Shown piece by piece: positions 45,854-54,987 of a stretch of DNA of 64,000 nt. The position numbers were made by a program, and so were the translations under genes. Source of the stretch: an uncultured Actinomycetes bacterium (GTDB lineage: Bacteria; Actinomycetota; Thermoleophilia; UBA2241); NCBI GenBank assembly GCA_963767005.1, contig CAVYCN010000002.1:352001-416000 (forward strand). The letters are read 5' to 3'. Within the stretch, counting starts at the first letter, position 1. Each line of letters starts with the position of its first letter. Below the pieces are notes generated by a model that saw only the letters and a program-made list of their open reading frames with translations, had not been told where the DNA came from and made no database searches.

Positions 45854-47031
45854 CCGACACCTTCCAGCCCCGCCTGTCCGAAAGGGTCGAGAGCCTGCCG
45901 CCCTATCTCTTCGCCGAGATCGAGCGCAAGGTCGCGGCCAAGCGCGCCGCCGGCGTCGACATCATCAGCCTGGGTATCGGCGACCCCGACTCCCCGACGC
46001 CCGAGCACATCGTGCAGGCCATGATCGAGGGCGTGCGCACGGCCCGCAACCACCAGTACCCCACGAACCGCGGCACCGCCGAGTTTCGCGCGGCGGTGGC
46101 GTCCTACTATCACAATCGTTTTGGCGTGCGCCTCGACCAGGACAGTGAGATCGTGCCGCTTCTGGGCGCCAAGGAGGGTATCGCCCACATCTGCTTCGCG
46201 CTGCTGAACGAGGGCGACCTGTGCCTGTCGGCCGATCCCGGATATCCGGTCTACACGACCGGCCCGCTGATCGCCTCGGGCAGGGCCGTGCACCTGCCGC
46301 TGCGGCCCGAGCTCGGCTTCCAGCCCGACCTCGCGGCGATCGACGACGAGACGCTCGCCCGCGCCCGCATGATCTTCGTGAGCTACCCGAACAACCCGAC
46401 GGGCGCCGTCATCGAGGACGACTTCTTCACGCGTCTCGTGGCCTTCGCCCGCGAGCACGACATCGTGGTCGTCCACGACAACGCCTATGCCGACATCACC
46501 TTCGACGGCTACGTGGCGCCGAGCTTCCTGCAGACGCCCGGGGCGCGCGAGGTCGGCGTCGAGCTCTTCTCGCTGTCGAAGAGCTACAACATGACCGGCT
46601 GGCGGGCCGGCGCCATCGTCGGCAGCCCGGCCGTCGTCGACGCCTACTGGCGCCTCAAGACGAACATGGACTCCGGCATGTTCGGCGCCCTGCAGCACGC
46701 CGCGGCGGTCGCGCTCACCGGGCCGCAGGACTCGGTCGCCGAGCTCTGCCGCCTGTACGCCCATCGCCGCGACCTGCTGGTCGCGGCGCTGGGCCGCGTC
46801 GGTATCGGCGTCGAGCCGCCCAAGGGCACGATCTACCTGTGGGCGCCCGTGCCTGCCGGCCACACCTCGGGCAGCTTCGCCGAGCTCGTGCTCAACCAGG
46901 CCGACGTGATCGTCTCACCGGGCGCCGCCTACGGTCCGTCCGGCGAGGGCTACGTGCGCTTCTCGCTCACGGTGCCCGACGACCGCCTGAACGAGGCGGT
47001 GGCGCGCATCGAGGAGCGCGTCAGCCTGTGA
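45850..47031 (+). CDS. dapL: LL-diaminopimelate aminotransferase (class I/II PLP enzyme)
   Basis: LPPYLFAEI, DIISLGIGDPD, GAKEGIAH, YPNNPTGA and SLSKSYNMTGWR motifs; coupled to dapF. Confidence 0.85.
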
Positions 47032-47086
47032 CGGCGGTCCGGCGGCGTTTCACCCGCGGCCGTCTCGCGGTCGCCCGCCCCCTGCC

Positions 47087-48442
<1,356 letters not shown>

Positions 48443-48444
48443 AG

Positions 48445-48912
48445 GTGGACCTGCCCGTGGTGCGCCTGCGGCCTTCGGCCCGCTTGCCGGTGCGCGCCTA
48501 TCCCGACGATGCCGCGTTCGACCTGCACGCCGCGGTCGACGCCGTCGTCGCGCCCCAGGGTCGTGCCGTCGTGCCTACCGGCATCGCGCTCGGCTTGCCG
48601 CCGGGCGTCGCCGCGCTGACGCTGCCGCGCTCGGGCCTGGCCGCAAGACACGGCGTCACGCTGCTGAACACGCCCGGTCTGATCGACCCCGGCTATCGCG
48701 GCGAGGTCCAGATCGTGCTCCACAACACCGACCCCGAGCACGAGTTCGTCGTGCATGCAGGCGACCGCATTGCCCAATTGCTCATCGTCGGCCTGCTCGA
48801 GGTCGCGCTGCTCGAGGTCGACCGCCTCGACGATACCGCGCGAGGCGAGAGCGGCTTCGGTTCGACGGGCACCGACGCCGCACCCAGCTCGACCGCACGG
48901 TCCTCACCGTGA
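48445..48912 (+). CDS. dut: dUTP diphosphatase
   Basis: DL.A, PTGIA, PRSGLA, NTPG.IDPGYRGE, GDRIAQ and RG..GFGSTG motifs. Confidence 0.95.
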   Translation: MDLPVVRLRPSARLPVRAYPDDAAFDLHAAVDAVVAPQGRAVVPTGIALGLPPGVAALTLPRSGLAARHGVTLLNTPGLIDPGYRGEVQIVLHNTDPEHEFVVHAGDRIAQLLIVGLLEVALLEVDRLDDTARGESGFGSTGTDAAPSSTARSSP

Positions 48913-49421
48913 GCGCCGCGCCCGCAGACCACGCCGCCGCAGCCGGACGTCGTACGACTGCCGTCGGAGGGTGTGAACGCACGCCTACTGTGCGCGCGGC
49001 CGCACTTATCCTTGATGAGCGTGGTCTGCTGCTCGTCCGCCAGCGTCGCCTGGAGCGCACGTACTGGCTCCTGCCGGGCGGCGGCGTGCGCTTCGGCGAA
49101 TCGCTTGCCGAGGCGCTACGCCGCGAGCTCCTCGAGGAGCTCGCGCTCGACGTCGTGCCGGGACGGCCGCTGGCCGTCGCCGAGGCGATCTCGACCGACA
49201 TGGCGGCCTACCCGAAGCACGTCGTGCACGTCGTCCTGCAGGCCACGCCGGTCGAGCCCGACGCCGTGCCGCAGCCGAGCGACGACGCCATCCTCGAGGC
49301 GCGCTACGTGACGAGGGGCGAGATCGCCGACCTGGCGCTGACACCGCCGATCGCGCCGTTCCTCGACGGCTGCTTCGCTGCGCCGCCGCGGGCCATGACG
49401 TACCTCGGCGTGGTGTGGTAG
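48909..49421 (+). CDS. NUDIX hydrolase
   Basis: WLLPGGGVRFGESLAEALRRELLEE Nudix box; start approximate. Confidence 0.88.
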   Translation: MSAAPADHAAAAGRRTTAVGGCERTPTVRAAALILDERGLLLVRQRRLERTYWLLPGGGVRFGESLAEALRRELLEELALDVVPGRPLAVAEAISTDMAAYPKHVVHVVLQATPVEPDAVPQPSDDAILEARYVTRGEIADLALTPPIAPFLDGCFAAPPRAMTYLGVVW

Positions 49422-49443
49422 ACGCTCCCTGGTGACCGCAGAG

Positions 49444-49478
49444 GCCGCTGCCGACCGGGCCATCCGGCCGGCAGCGGC
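49444..49478 (+). terminator. GC-rich hairpin ending the miaB...NUDIX operon
   Basis: GCCGCTGCCG-A-CCGG..CCGG-C-CGGCAGCGGC inverted repeat. Confidence 0.55.
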
Positions 49479-49508
49479 GACACAGGGCGTTCTACGAACG
49501 TGATTCAA

Positions 49509-49536
49509 ACGCACGATAATCAATGTTATGTAAAGC
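49509..49536 (+). other. dif: dif site (XerC/XerD chromosome dimer resolution site)
   Basis: ACGCACGATAA-TCAATG-TTATGTAAAGC: 11-6-11 layout with ATAA-N6-TTATGT core like E. coli dif; AT-rich island; gene strand bias switches here. Confidence 0.85.
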
Positions 49537-49950
49537 TACGACCGTCAGCGACTTCTGAGCCGGTCATGCGCCTCGATCACCGCCTCCGCTCCCCCGACGG
49601 CCACCGAGGTGCCCGTCCAAAGCCGGATTTCTGCGAACACTCTCACCTGACAGCCCATCTCGTCCCGTGACGGCGCCGCACCGGCACAGACCGGTGAATC
49701 GCTCGCACCACGGCGGCCGGCGCGCGTTCGTCAGCGTGGTCATTCGCGCCGCACGCTGAGTCACGACCCCTCGACTTGCGCCGCTGCGGCGGATCGCCGG
49801 ACGTTCTTGTGCCTGTCGACGTTTGATCGCGTGCCTCTTCCCCGGCCGCCTCCGACCACCGCATACGATGCGCATCGTGACAGCGGCAGTCTGGCCGTCT
49901 GGCGCGCCGTGCTTTGCGCTTGGCCGCGCGGTATGATGTCGCCCATCAGG

Positions 49951-49964
49951 CGAACAGACGTTCG
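49951..49964. promoter_or_regulatory. Gram-positive-type LexA (SOS) box CGAAC-AGAC-GTTCG downstream of a TATGAT -10
   Basis: Exact CGAAC-N4-GTTCG; -10 at 49932-49937; about 60 bp upstream of the arginase-family start. Confidence 0.6.
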
Positions 49965-50025
49965 CGCCGAGCCGCGCCGCCGTCGACCGGAGCTTGCGGT
50001 CGCGGGCACGACGCAAGGGGGTCTC

Positions 50026-50916
50026 GTGAAGGCGACGATCATTGCCGTACCGTACGCCGCAGGGCGTTTCGCCACAGGCATGGGGCTGGGCCCCGTGAAG
50101 TACCTGGCGACGCACCCCGAGGTGGCGCTCGCTGCAGGGGGACACGACGTCGAGGTGGTCGAGGTGCGGCCCCGCCTCGACCCCGCGTTCGATGAGCCGG
50201 CGGCCGTCGCCGTGATCGACACCGCGCTGGCGGATGCCGCGGCGGCGGCCCTTGCCGCGGGGCGGTTCCCGCTGGTCCTGGCCGGCAACTGCAACAGCGC
50301 CCTCGGCACGCTCGCGGGCATGCAGGCGACCGGCGCGACCCGCGTCGGCATCGTCTGGTTCGACGCCCACGGCGACCTCAACACCCCGGATACCACGCCG
50401 GGCGGGTTCTTCGACGGCATGGGCCTGGCCATCGCCACCGGGCGGACGGGCGCCGACATCGCCGCGGCGATCGGCGTCCGCCCGGTGCTCGAGGCGCACG
50501 TGCTCCACCTGGGTGCTCGCGACCTCGATCCGCCGGAGATCGCCTATCTCGCGCGCGGCGTCATGCCGTCGATCGGCGCCGCCGCGCTGCAAGCCGACGT
50601 TGCGGGCGCGCCCGACGGCGCGCTCCGCGCTGCCTTGGCGGCGCTGCGCGCCGCCACCGACCAGGTCTACCTGCACGTCGACATCGACGTGCTCGCGGCC
50701 GGCTTCGCACCCGGCGTCGACTTCCCGTCCGCCGGTGGCCTGTCCTTGCCCGACCTCGAGAACGCGCTCAGGCGGGTCGTCGCCGAGCTGCCGGTGCGCG
50801 CCGCGGCGCTCACCGCCTACGATCCCGATCGTGACCGCGGCGAGGTCACCCTGCGCTCGGGGCTGCGTCTGGTGACCGTGATCGCCGACGCGCTGCAGGC
50901 GAAGGCCGGCCGCTGA
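50026..50916 (+). CDS. Arginase/ureohydrolase family protein
   Basis: LAGNC, WFDAHGDLNTP.T..G.FDGM, GARDLD..E and HVDIDVL motifs; AAGGGGG SD before GTG at 50026. Confidence 0.88.
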   Translation: MKATIIAVPYAAGRFATGMGLGPVKYLATHPEVALAAGGHDVEVVEVRPRLDPAFDEPAAVAVIDTALADAAAAALAAGRFPLVLAGNCNSALGTLAGMQATGATRVGIVWFDAHGDLNTPDTTPGGFFDGMGLAIATGRTGADIAAAIGVRPVLEAHVLHLGARDLDPPEIAYLARGVMPSIGAAALQADVAGAPDGALRAALAALRAATDQVYLHVDIDVLAAGFAPGVDFPSAGGLSLPDLENALRRVVAELPVRAAALTAYDPDRDRGEVTLRSGLRLVTVIADALQAKAGR

Positions 50917-50936
50917 GCCGCCCGACGCCGGCCGGG

Positions 50937-51464
50937 TCAGTACGAGATCAGCGTGAAGACGTCGACGCCCGGCAGCTTGTCGCGGCCACCGAGGTCGGCG
51001 AGCTCGATGAGGAACGCGGCGCCGACGACGTTACCGCCCATCTTCTGGGCGAGACGCACCTTCGCAGCGGCCGTGCCGCCGGTGGCGAGCAGGTCGTCGT
51101 GGATCAGGACGTTCGTGCCGGGCGCGATCGCGTCGGCGTGCACCTCGAGCGCGTCGGTGCCGTACTCGAGCTCGTACGACTCGGACACAGTGTCGAACGG
51201 CAGCTTGCCGGGCTTGCGGGCGCACACGAAGCCGGCGCCCAGCGCGTAGGCGAGCGCCGAGCCCAGGATGAAGCCGCGCGACTCGGCCCCCAGCACCACG
51301 TCGACGTGACGGCCGGCCGACCACTCGGCCATGCGGTCGACGGCTGCGCGCAGCGCGCGCGGGTCCTGGAGCAGCGGCATGATGTCGCGAAAGAGGATGC
51401 CGGGCTTGGGAAAGTCGGGGATCGCACGGATGCGTGCGGCGAGATCGACCTGGGCGTCCTGCAC
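50937..51464 (-). CDS. apt: Adenine phosphoribosyltransferase
   Basis: IPDFPKPGILFRDI, ESRGF, RKPGKLP, LEYG and DDLLATGGT motifs. Confidence 0.96.
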   Translation of the reverse strand: MQDAQVDLAARIRAIPDFPKPGILFRDIMPLLQDPRALRAAVDRMAEWSAGRHVDVVLGAESRGFILGSALAYALGAGFVCARKPGKLPFDTVSESYELEYGTDALEVHADAIAPGTNVLIHDDLLATGGTAAAKVRLAQKMGGNVVGAAFLIELADLGGRDKLPGVDVFTLISY

Positions 51465-51510
51465 GGTGTCCTCCTGGTGCCGTGGCGCGGGCTGACCGGT
51501 CCGCGAGCCG

Positions 51511-52230
51511 CTAGACCGTGAGCCGTCGGATGTAGCGCGTGAGCAGCAGCTGCTGGAGCTGCGACATGGCCTGGGCGAGCTCCTCGAGGGCGTCGAGGGC
51601 CTCCTGACGTTGCTCGGCCCGGCGCGAGCGCAGCGCCGGCAGGATGACCTGCTCGATGAGGCCGCCCTCGCGGTCGACGGCGCTCTTCATGGCGCGCAGG
51701 TTCTTGGGCCGCAGACCGGCGCGCGCCAGGCGCGCCGCCGTGGCGACCACGCTGGCCTCGAGCTCGGTGTAGCGGCGCACGCCGCTCACCTGGCGGCCCT
51801 TGACGAGCTCGTACTCCTCGAGCTCGGACAGCAGGGCGCCGTCGGCGCCGGCGAGCTGCTGCAACTCCTCGGCGGTGAACTCCTTCTCGCCCGCGGGATT
51901 GGGCACGAAGTCGGCCTTGCGCAGGCCGCCACGCGCCGGCCCGGCCACGCCCGCCGGCGCGCGCTCGATCTCTTTGCGGATCACCTTGAGCGGCAGGTAG
52001 TCGTCGCGCTGCATGGCGAGCACGCGGATGAGACGCTGGTAGTCGTCGCGCGAGAAGAGCCGGTAGCCGCCCTTAGTGCGGCGCGGCGCGACCAGGCCCT
52101 GCTCCTCGAGGTAGCGCAGCTTGCTGACGCTGATGTCGGGGAACTCGCCCTTGAGGCGGTCGACCACCGCCCCGATGGTCATGAGCTTCTCGTCGCCGAT
52201 GTCGAACAGGACTTCGGTCTTCTCGTTCAC
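51511..52230 (-). CDS. MerR-family regulator (FtsR/Rv1828-like)
   Basis: TIGAV...L..EFPDISVSKLRYLE..GLV.P.RT.GGYR..QRD.YLPLKVI; follows FHA gene as in the garA-Rv1828 cluster. Confidence 0.88.
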   Translation of the reverse strand: MNEKTEVLFDIGDEKLMTIGAVVDRLKGEFPDISVSKLRYLEEQGLVAPRRTKGGYRLFSRDDYQRLIRVLAMQRDDYLPLKVIRKEIERAPAGVAGPARGGLRKADFVPNPAGEKEFTAEELQQLAGADGALLSELEEYELVKGRQVSGVRRYTELEASVVATAARLARAGLRPKNLRAMKSAVDREGGLIEQVILPALRSRRAEQRQEALDALEELAQAMSQLQQLLLTRYIRRLTV

Positions 52231-52682
52231 GGCGTGATGAAGGTGAGCTTGTACTTGCCGACCTGCAGCTCGTCGCCGTCGAGGAGGGTCTGGCGCTCGA
52301 TGCGCCGGCGATTGACGTACGTGCCGTTGAGGCTGCCCTGGTCGGCGATCACGTAGGCGTCGTCCTCGCGCGTGACCACGGCGTGGTTGCGCGACACGGT
52401 GACGTCGTCTAAGAACACGTCGGAGTCGGGGTGGCGCCCGATCGCGGTGCGCTCGCCCTTGAGCTCGTAGGTCTCACCCGCGCGCCCACCGCCGCTGCGG
52501 ATGACGAGCGTGGCGCGCTCGGGCAGTTGACGCGAGAGCGGCGGCAGCGTTTCGGGGCTGTCGCCGGGCGAGTAGTTCATGGTGGTCTGGGGGTCCGTCT
52601 TGTCGGCGATCAGGCTGGCGCCGCAGCGCACGCAGAAGTTGACGCCCTCGGAGTTGCGGTACCCGCAGTTCGGGCAGAACAC
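52227..52682 (-). CDS. Zinc-ribbon plus FHA domain protein (GarA/OdhI-like)
   Basis: CPNCG..N...NFC.RCG, TT linker motif, FHA GRHPDSD.FLDD.TVSR.HA...GSLNGTYVN. Confidence 0.9.
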   Translation of the reverse strand: MFCPNCGYRNSEGVNFCVRCGASLIADKTDPQTTMNYSPGDSPETLPPLSRQLPERATLVIRSGGGRAGETYELKGERTAIGRHPDSDVFLDDVTVSRNHAVVTREDDAYVIADQGSLNGTYVNRRRIERQTLLDGDELQVGKYKLTFITP

Positions 52683-52686
52683 GGGT

Positions 52687-52968
52687 CTAGTGCCCGCCGC
52701 TTGCGCCTTCGCCTTCGGCGAGGCCGGCCGCGGGATGCTTGCCGGCGAGGATCTCGGAGAGGCGTGAGACGTCGTCGGCGGTGATGATCGACTCGCCGGC
52801 CGCGTGCTCGCGCTGCAGACGCAGGACGAGTTCGGCCCGCAGGATGTCGATCTTGCCGTGGAGGATGCGCCGCTGACGGGAGACTTCCTGCTCCTCGGCG
52901 GTCAACGTGCCGATGAGCGCCTTGAGCTCCTCGTCGGACAGCGACACGAAGTCGATGATGTCGTCCAT
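52687..52968 (-). CDS. RsiG-like anti-sigma factor with a single c-di-GMP-binding motif
   Basis: EQEVSRQRRILHGKID matches E-X3-S-X2-R-X3-Q/H-X3-D, followed by ILRAEL; AAAGGA SD. Confidence 0.75.
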   Translation of the reverse strand: MDDIIDFVSLSDEELKALIGTLTAEEQEVSRQRRILHGKIDILRAELVLRLQREHAAGESIITADDVSRLSEILAGKHPAAGLAEGEGASGGH

Positions 52969-53003
52969 CGCTGGTCCTTTTCGTCGTACCGACCGGGAGA
53001 GTT

Positions 53004-53048
53004 ACCTTACAGGACCCGAAGGCAACCTTCAACTTCACGTTGAGATAT
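53004..53048 (-). promoter_or_regulatory. Promoter (TTGAAG-N17-TAAGGT) for rsiG-FHA-merR-apt overlapped by dyad TCAAC-N5-GTTGA
   Basis: Minus-strand -35 at 53027-53032 and -10 at 53004-53009; dyad at 53029-53043. Confidence 0.6.
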
Positions 53049-53096
53049 CCCCGTTGACGGACGCACCGACGCCGCAGCGCGCGCCCGGCGCGACGC

Positions 53097-53636
53097 TCAG
53101 GTCACGAGGCGCACGACGTCGCGCTCGCGCAGCCGGGCGACCGCGAGCAGCACGTCGTACTCGTCGGCCATGCCCTCGACGAGGGCACCCGCGACGATGT
53201 CGCCGACGCTGCGCCGGCCGGGCCCGAGAAAGCCGAGCACGGTGGCCTCGACCGAGTCGTGCGGTTCGCCGCCGAGCAGTGAGACCAGGCCGTACGACGG
53301 CAGGGCGTCACGCAGCCGGCCGATCTCGTCGACGCGGCGCATGGCCTCCATGAGGAGCGAGCCCGTGGGCAGGTCGGCCGCCGGCGCGTCGCCGGGGTCG
53401 AGGTCGGGATCGAATACGAAGCCGCCCTCCTTGAGACCGATCAGGGCGTAGAAGGCACGCTCGCCGACCAGCGCTCCGCACGAGGCCGACGTGAGGGTGC
53501 CGCCGCGAAAGGCGAGGCGCCCGGCCGGGGAGCCGTCGGCCTGGGTGACGTCGAGCACGCCCGTCTTGCCGCCCAGCGCCGTGATCTCGACGAGGTCGCA
53601 CAGCGCAAGCTCCGAGAGGTTGCCCGTGAAGCTCAT
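53097..53636 (-). CDS. DUF4388 (PATAN-like) domain protein with possible C-terminal winged helix
   Basis: F.GNL.EL.L.DL.......KTGVL....G.L.F..G....A......GE.AF..L.....G.F.F...LLMEAMR..DE pattern. Confidence 0.82.
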   Translation of the reverse strand: MSFTGNLSELALCDLVEITALGGKTGVLDVTQADGSPAGRLAFRGGTLTSASCGALVGERAFYALIGLKEGGFVFDPDLDPGDAPAADLPTGSLLMEAMRRVDEIGRLRDALPSYGLVSLLGGEPHDSVEATVLGFLGPGRRSVGDIVAGALVEGMADEYDVLLAVARLRERDVVRLVT

Positions 53637-53817
53637 GATCGTCCTCGAGCGGCCGTTTCCACGCCCGGCAGTCTACCACGCGGCCTCGCCTTCCCTCCCC
53701 CGCCGGCTCATGTTCGGCGCCTCGCGCGACGATACAGCAAGCGGTGCAACGCAGGCACTCTTGCGGCGGCTGCCTGATATACTGCGCCAAAAGCGCGCCG
53801 TGCTCGAAAGGAGACCT

Positions 53818-54318
53818 GTGGCGAAGCGGAAAGGCCTCGTCATCAACGACCGCCAGCTCGACCTGTGCGACGACCTCCTGCGCAAGCTCAAGGACGTCAC
53901 CGGGTCCACCTTCCTGGCGCTCATCTCCACCTCGGGGCAGCCGATCACGACGGCTTCCGACGACTATCACCCCGAGACCCTGTCGCTCGCGTCGCTCGCA
54001 GCGAGCTCGTTCGCCGCGACGCAGCAGCTCGCCAGCATCCTCGACGAAAAGGAGTTCACGCTCCTCTTCCACGAGGGCAAGACCTCGAACCTGCACGTGT
54101 CCCAGGTCTCCGACCAGGTGCTGCTCATCATCACCTTCGGGCGCGAGACCCAGGTCGGCAAGGTGCGTCTGTACACGCAGCGCGCAATCGAGGTGCTGCG
54201 CCCCATCTTCGAGGGCTCAGACGAAGAGAACGAAGCGCTGTCGGTCGACGACGATTACGAAGTCACGGCCGGCAAGGCGATCGACGACCTGTTCGCCGAC
54301 CTCGAGGGACAGCCCTGA
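53818..54318 (+). CDS. mglB: Roadblock/LC7 protein, MglB-type GAP
   Basis: LIS.SGQ.I, SLASLAA.SFAAT..LA.IL.E.EF..LFHEG...NLH.S and G.VRL motifs; acidic C-terminal helix; AAGGAG SD; extended -10 TGATATACT at 53775. Confidence 0.88.
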   Translation: MAKRKGLVINDRQLDLCDDLLRKLKDVTGSTFLALISTSGQPITTASDDYHPETLSLASLAASSFAATQQLASILDEKEFTLLFHEGKTSNLHVSQVSDQVLLIITFGRETQVGKVRLYTQRAIEVLRPIFEGSDEENEALSVDDDYEVTAGKAIDDLFADLEGQP

Positions 54319-54319
54319 G

Positions 54320-54898
54320 ATGCCCCTGATCAACTTCGCCGCGCGCGAGATCAACTACAAGATCGTCTACTACGGCTGCGGGCTCTGCGGCAAGACGACG
54401 AACATCCAGTACATCCACCGCAAGATCAACCCTTCGGCGCGCGGCAAGCTCGTCTCGATCGCCACCGAAGAGGAGCGCACCCTCTACTTCGACTTCCTGC
54501 CGCTCAGCCTCGGCACGGTCAAGGGCATGCAGACCCGCTTCCACCTGTACACCGTGCCCGGCCAGAGCTACTACAACGCGAGCCGCAAGCTCGTCCTGCA
54601 GGGCGTCGACGGTGTGATCTTCGTGGGCGACTCGCAGATCACCCGCCTGGACGAGAACGTCGAGAGCTACCTGAACCTCTGGGACAACCTCATCGCCCAG
54701 GGCGACGACCTCTCACGGCTGGGCTTCGTGATCCAGATGAACAAGCGCGACTTGATCGACATCTTCTCGGTCGAGGACCTGAACGAGTTGCTCAACCACA
54801 CGCAGTCGCCGGTGATCGAAGCCTGCGCGGTGAGCGGTCTCGGCGTGTTCGATACGCTCAAGCTCTGCTGCAAGCAGGTGATCGCGAAAACGGCCTGA
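54320..54898 (+). CDS. mglA: Small Ras-like GTPase MglA
   Basis: IN...REIN.KIVYYG.GLCGKTTN, ERTLYFDFLPL, LYTVPGQ..Y.ASRKL.L.GVDG..FV.DSQ and NKRD motifs. Confidence 0.95.
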   Translation: MPLINFAAREINYKIVYYGCGLCGKTTNIQYIHRKINPSARGKLVSIATEEERTLYFDFLPLSLGTVKGMQTRFHLYTVPGQSYYNASRKLVLQGVDGVIFVGDSQITRLDENVESYLNLWDNLIAQGDDLSRLGFVIQMNKRDLIDIFSVEDLNELLNHTQSPVIEACAVSGLGVFDTLKLCCKQVIAKTA

Positions 54899-54987
54899 GG
54901 GCCGTCCGCTCCAGCGCGGATCGACGCTCGGTCCCCTCGTCCCACCTGTGGCGCCCTCGTCCCCCTGTGCCGCCGGACCTCGGCGTG

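Noticed and set aside
49564-50025. ORF-track extension of the arginase to 49807 and the 73-aa ORF at 49643-49864
   Set aside because: No family motifs; an SD and homology start at 50026 explain the gene better
53818-54898. Actinobacterial conservon (cvnABCD) interpretation of the roadblock plus GTPase pair
   Set aside because: No sensor kinase or DUF742 gene adjacent; the GTPase motifs match Myxococcus-type MglA
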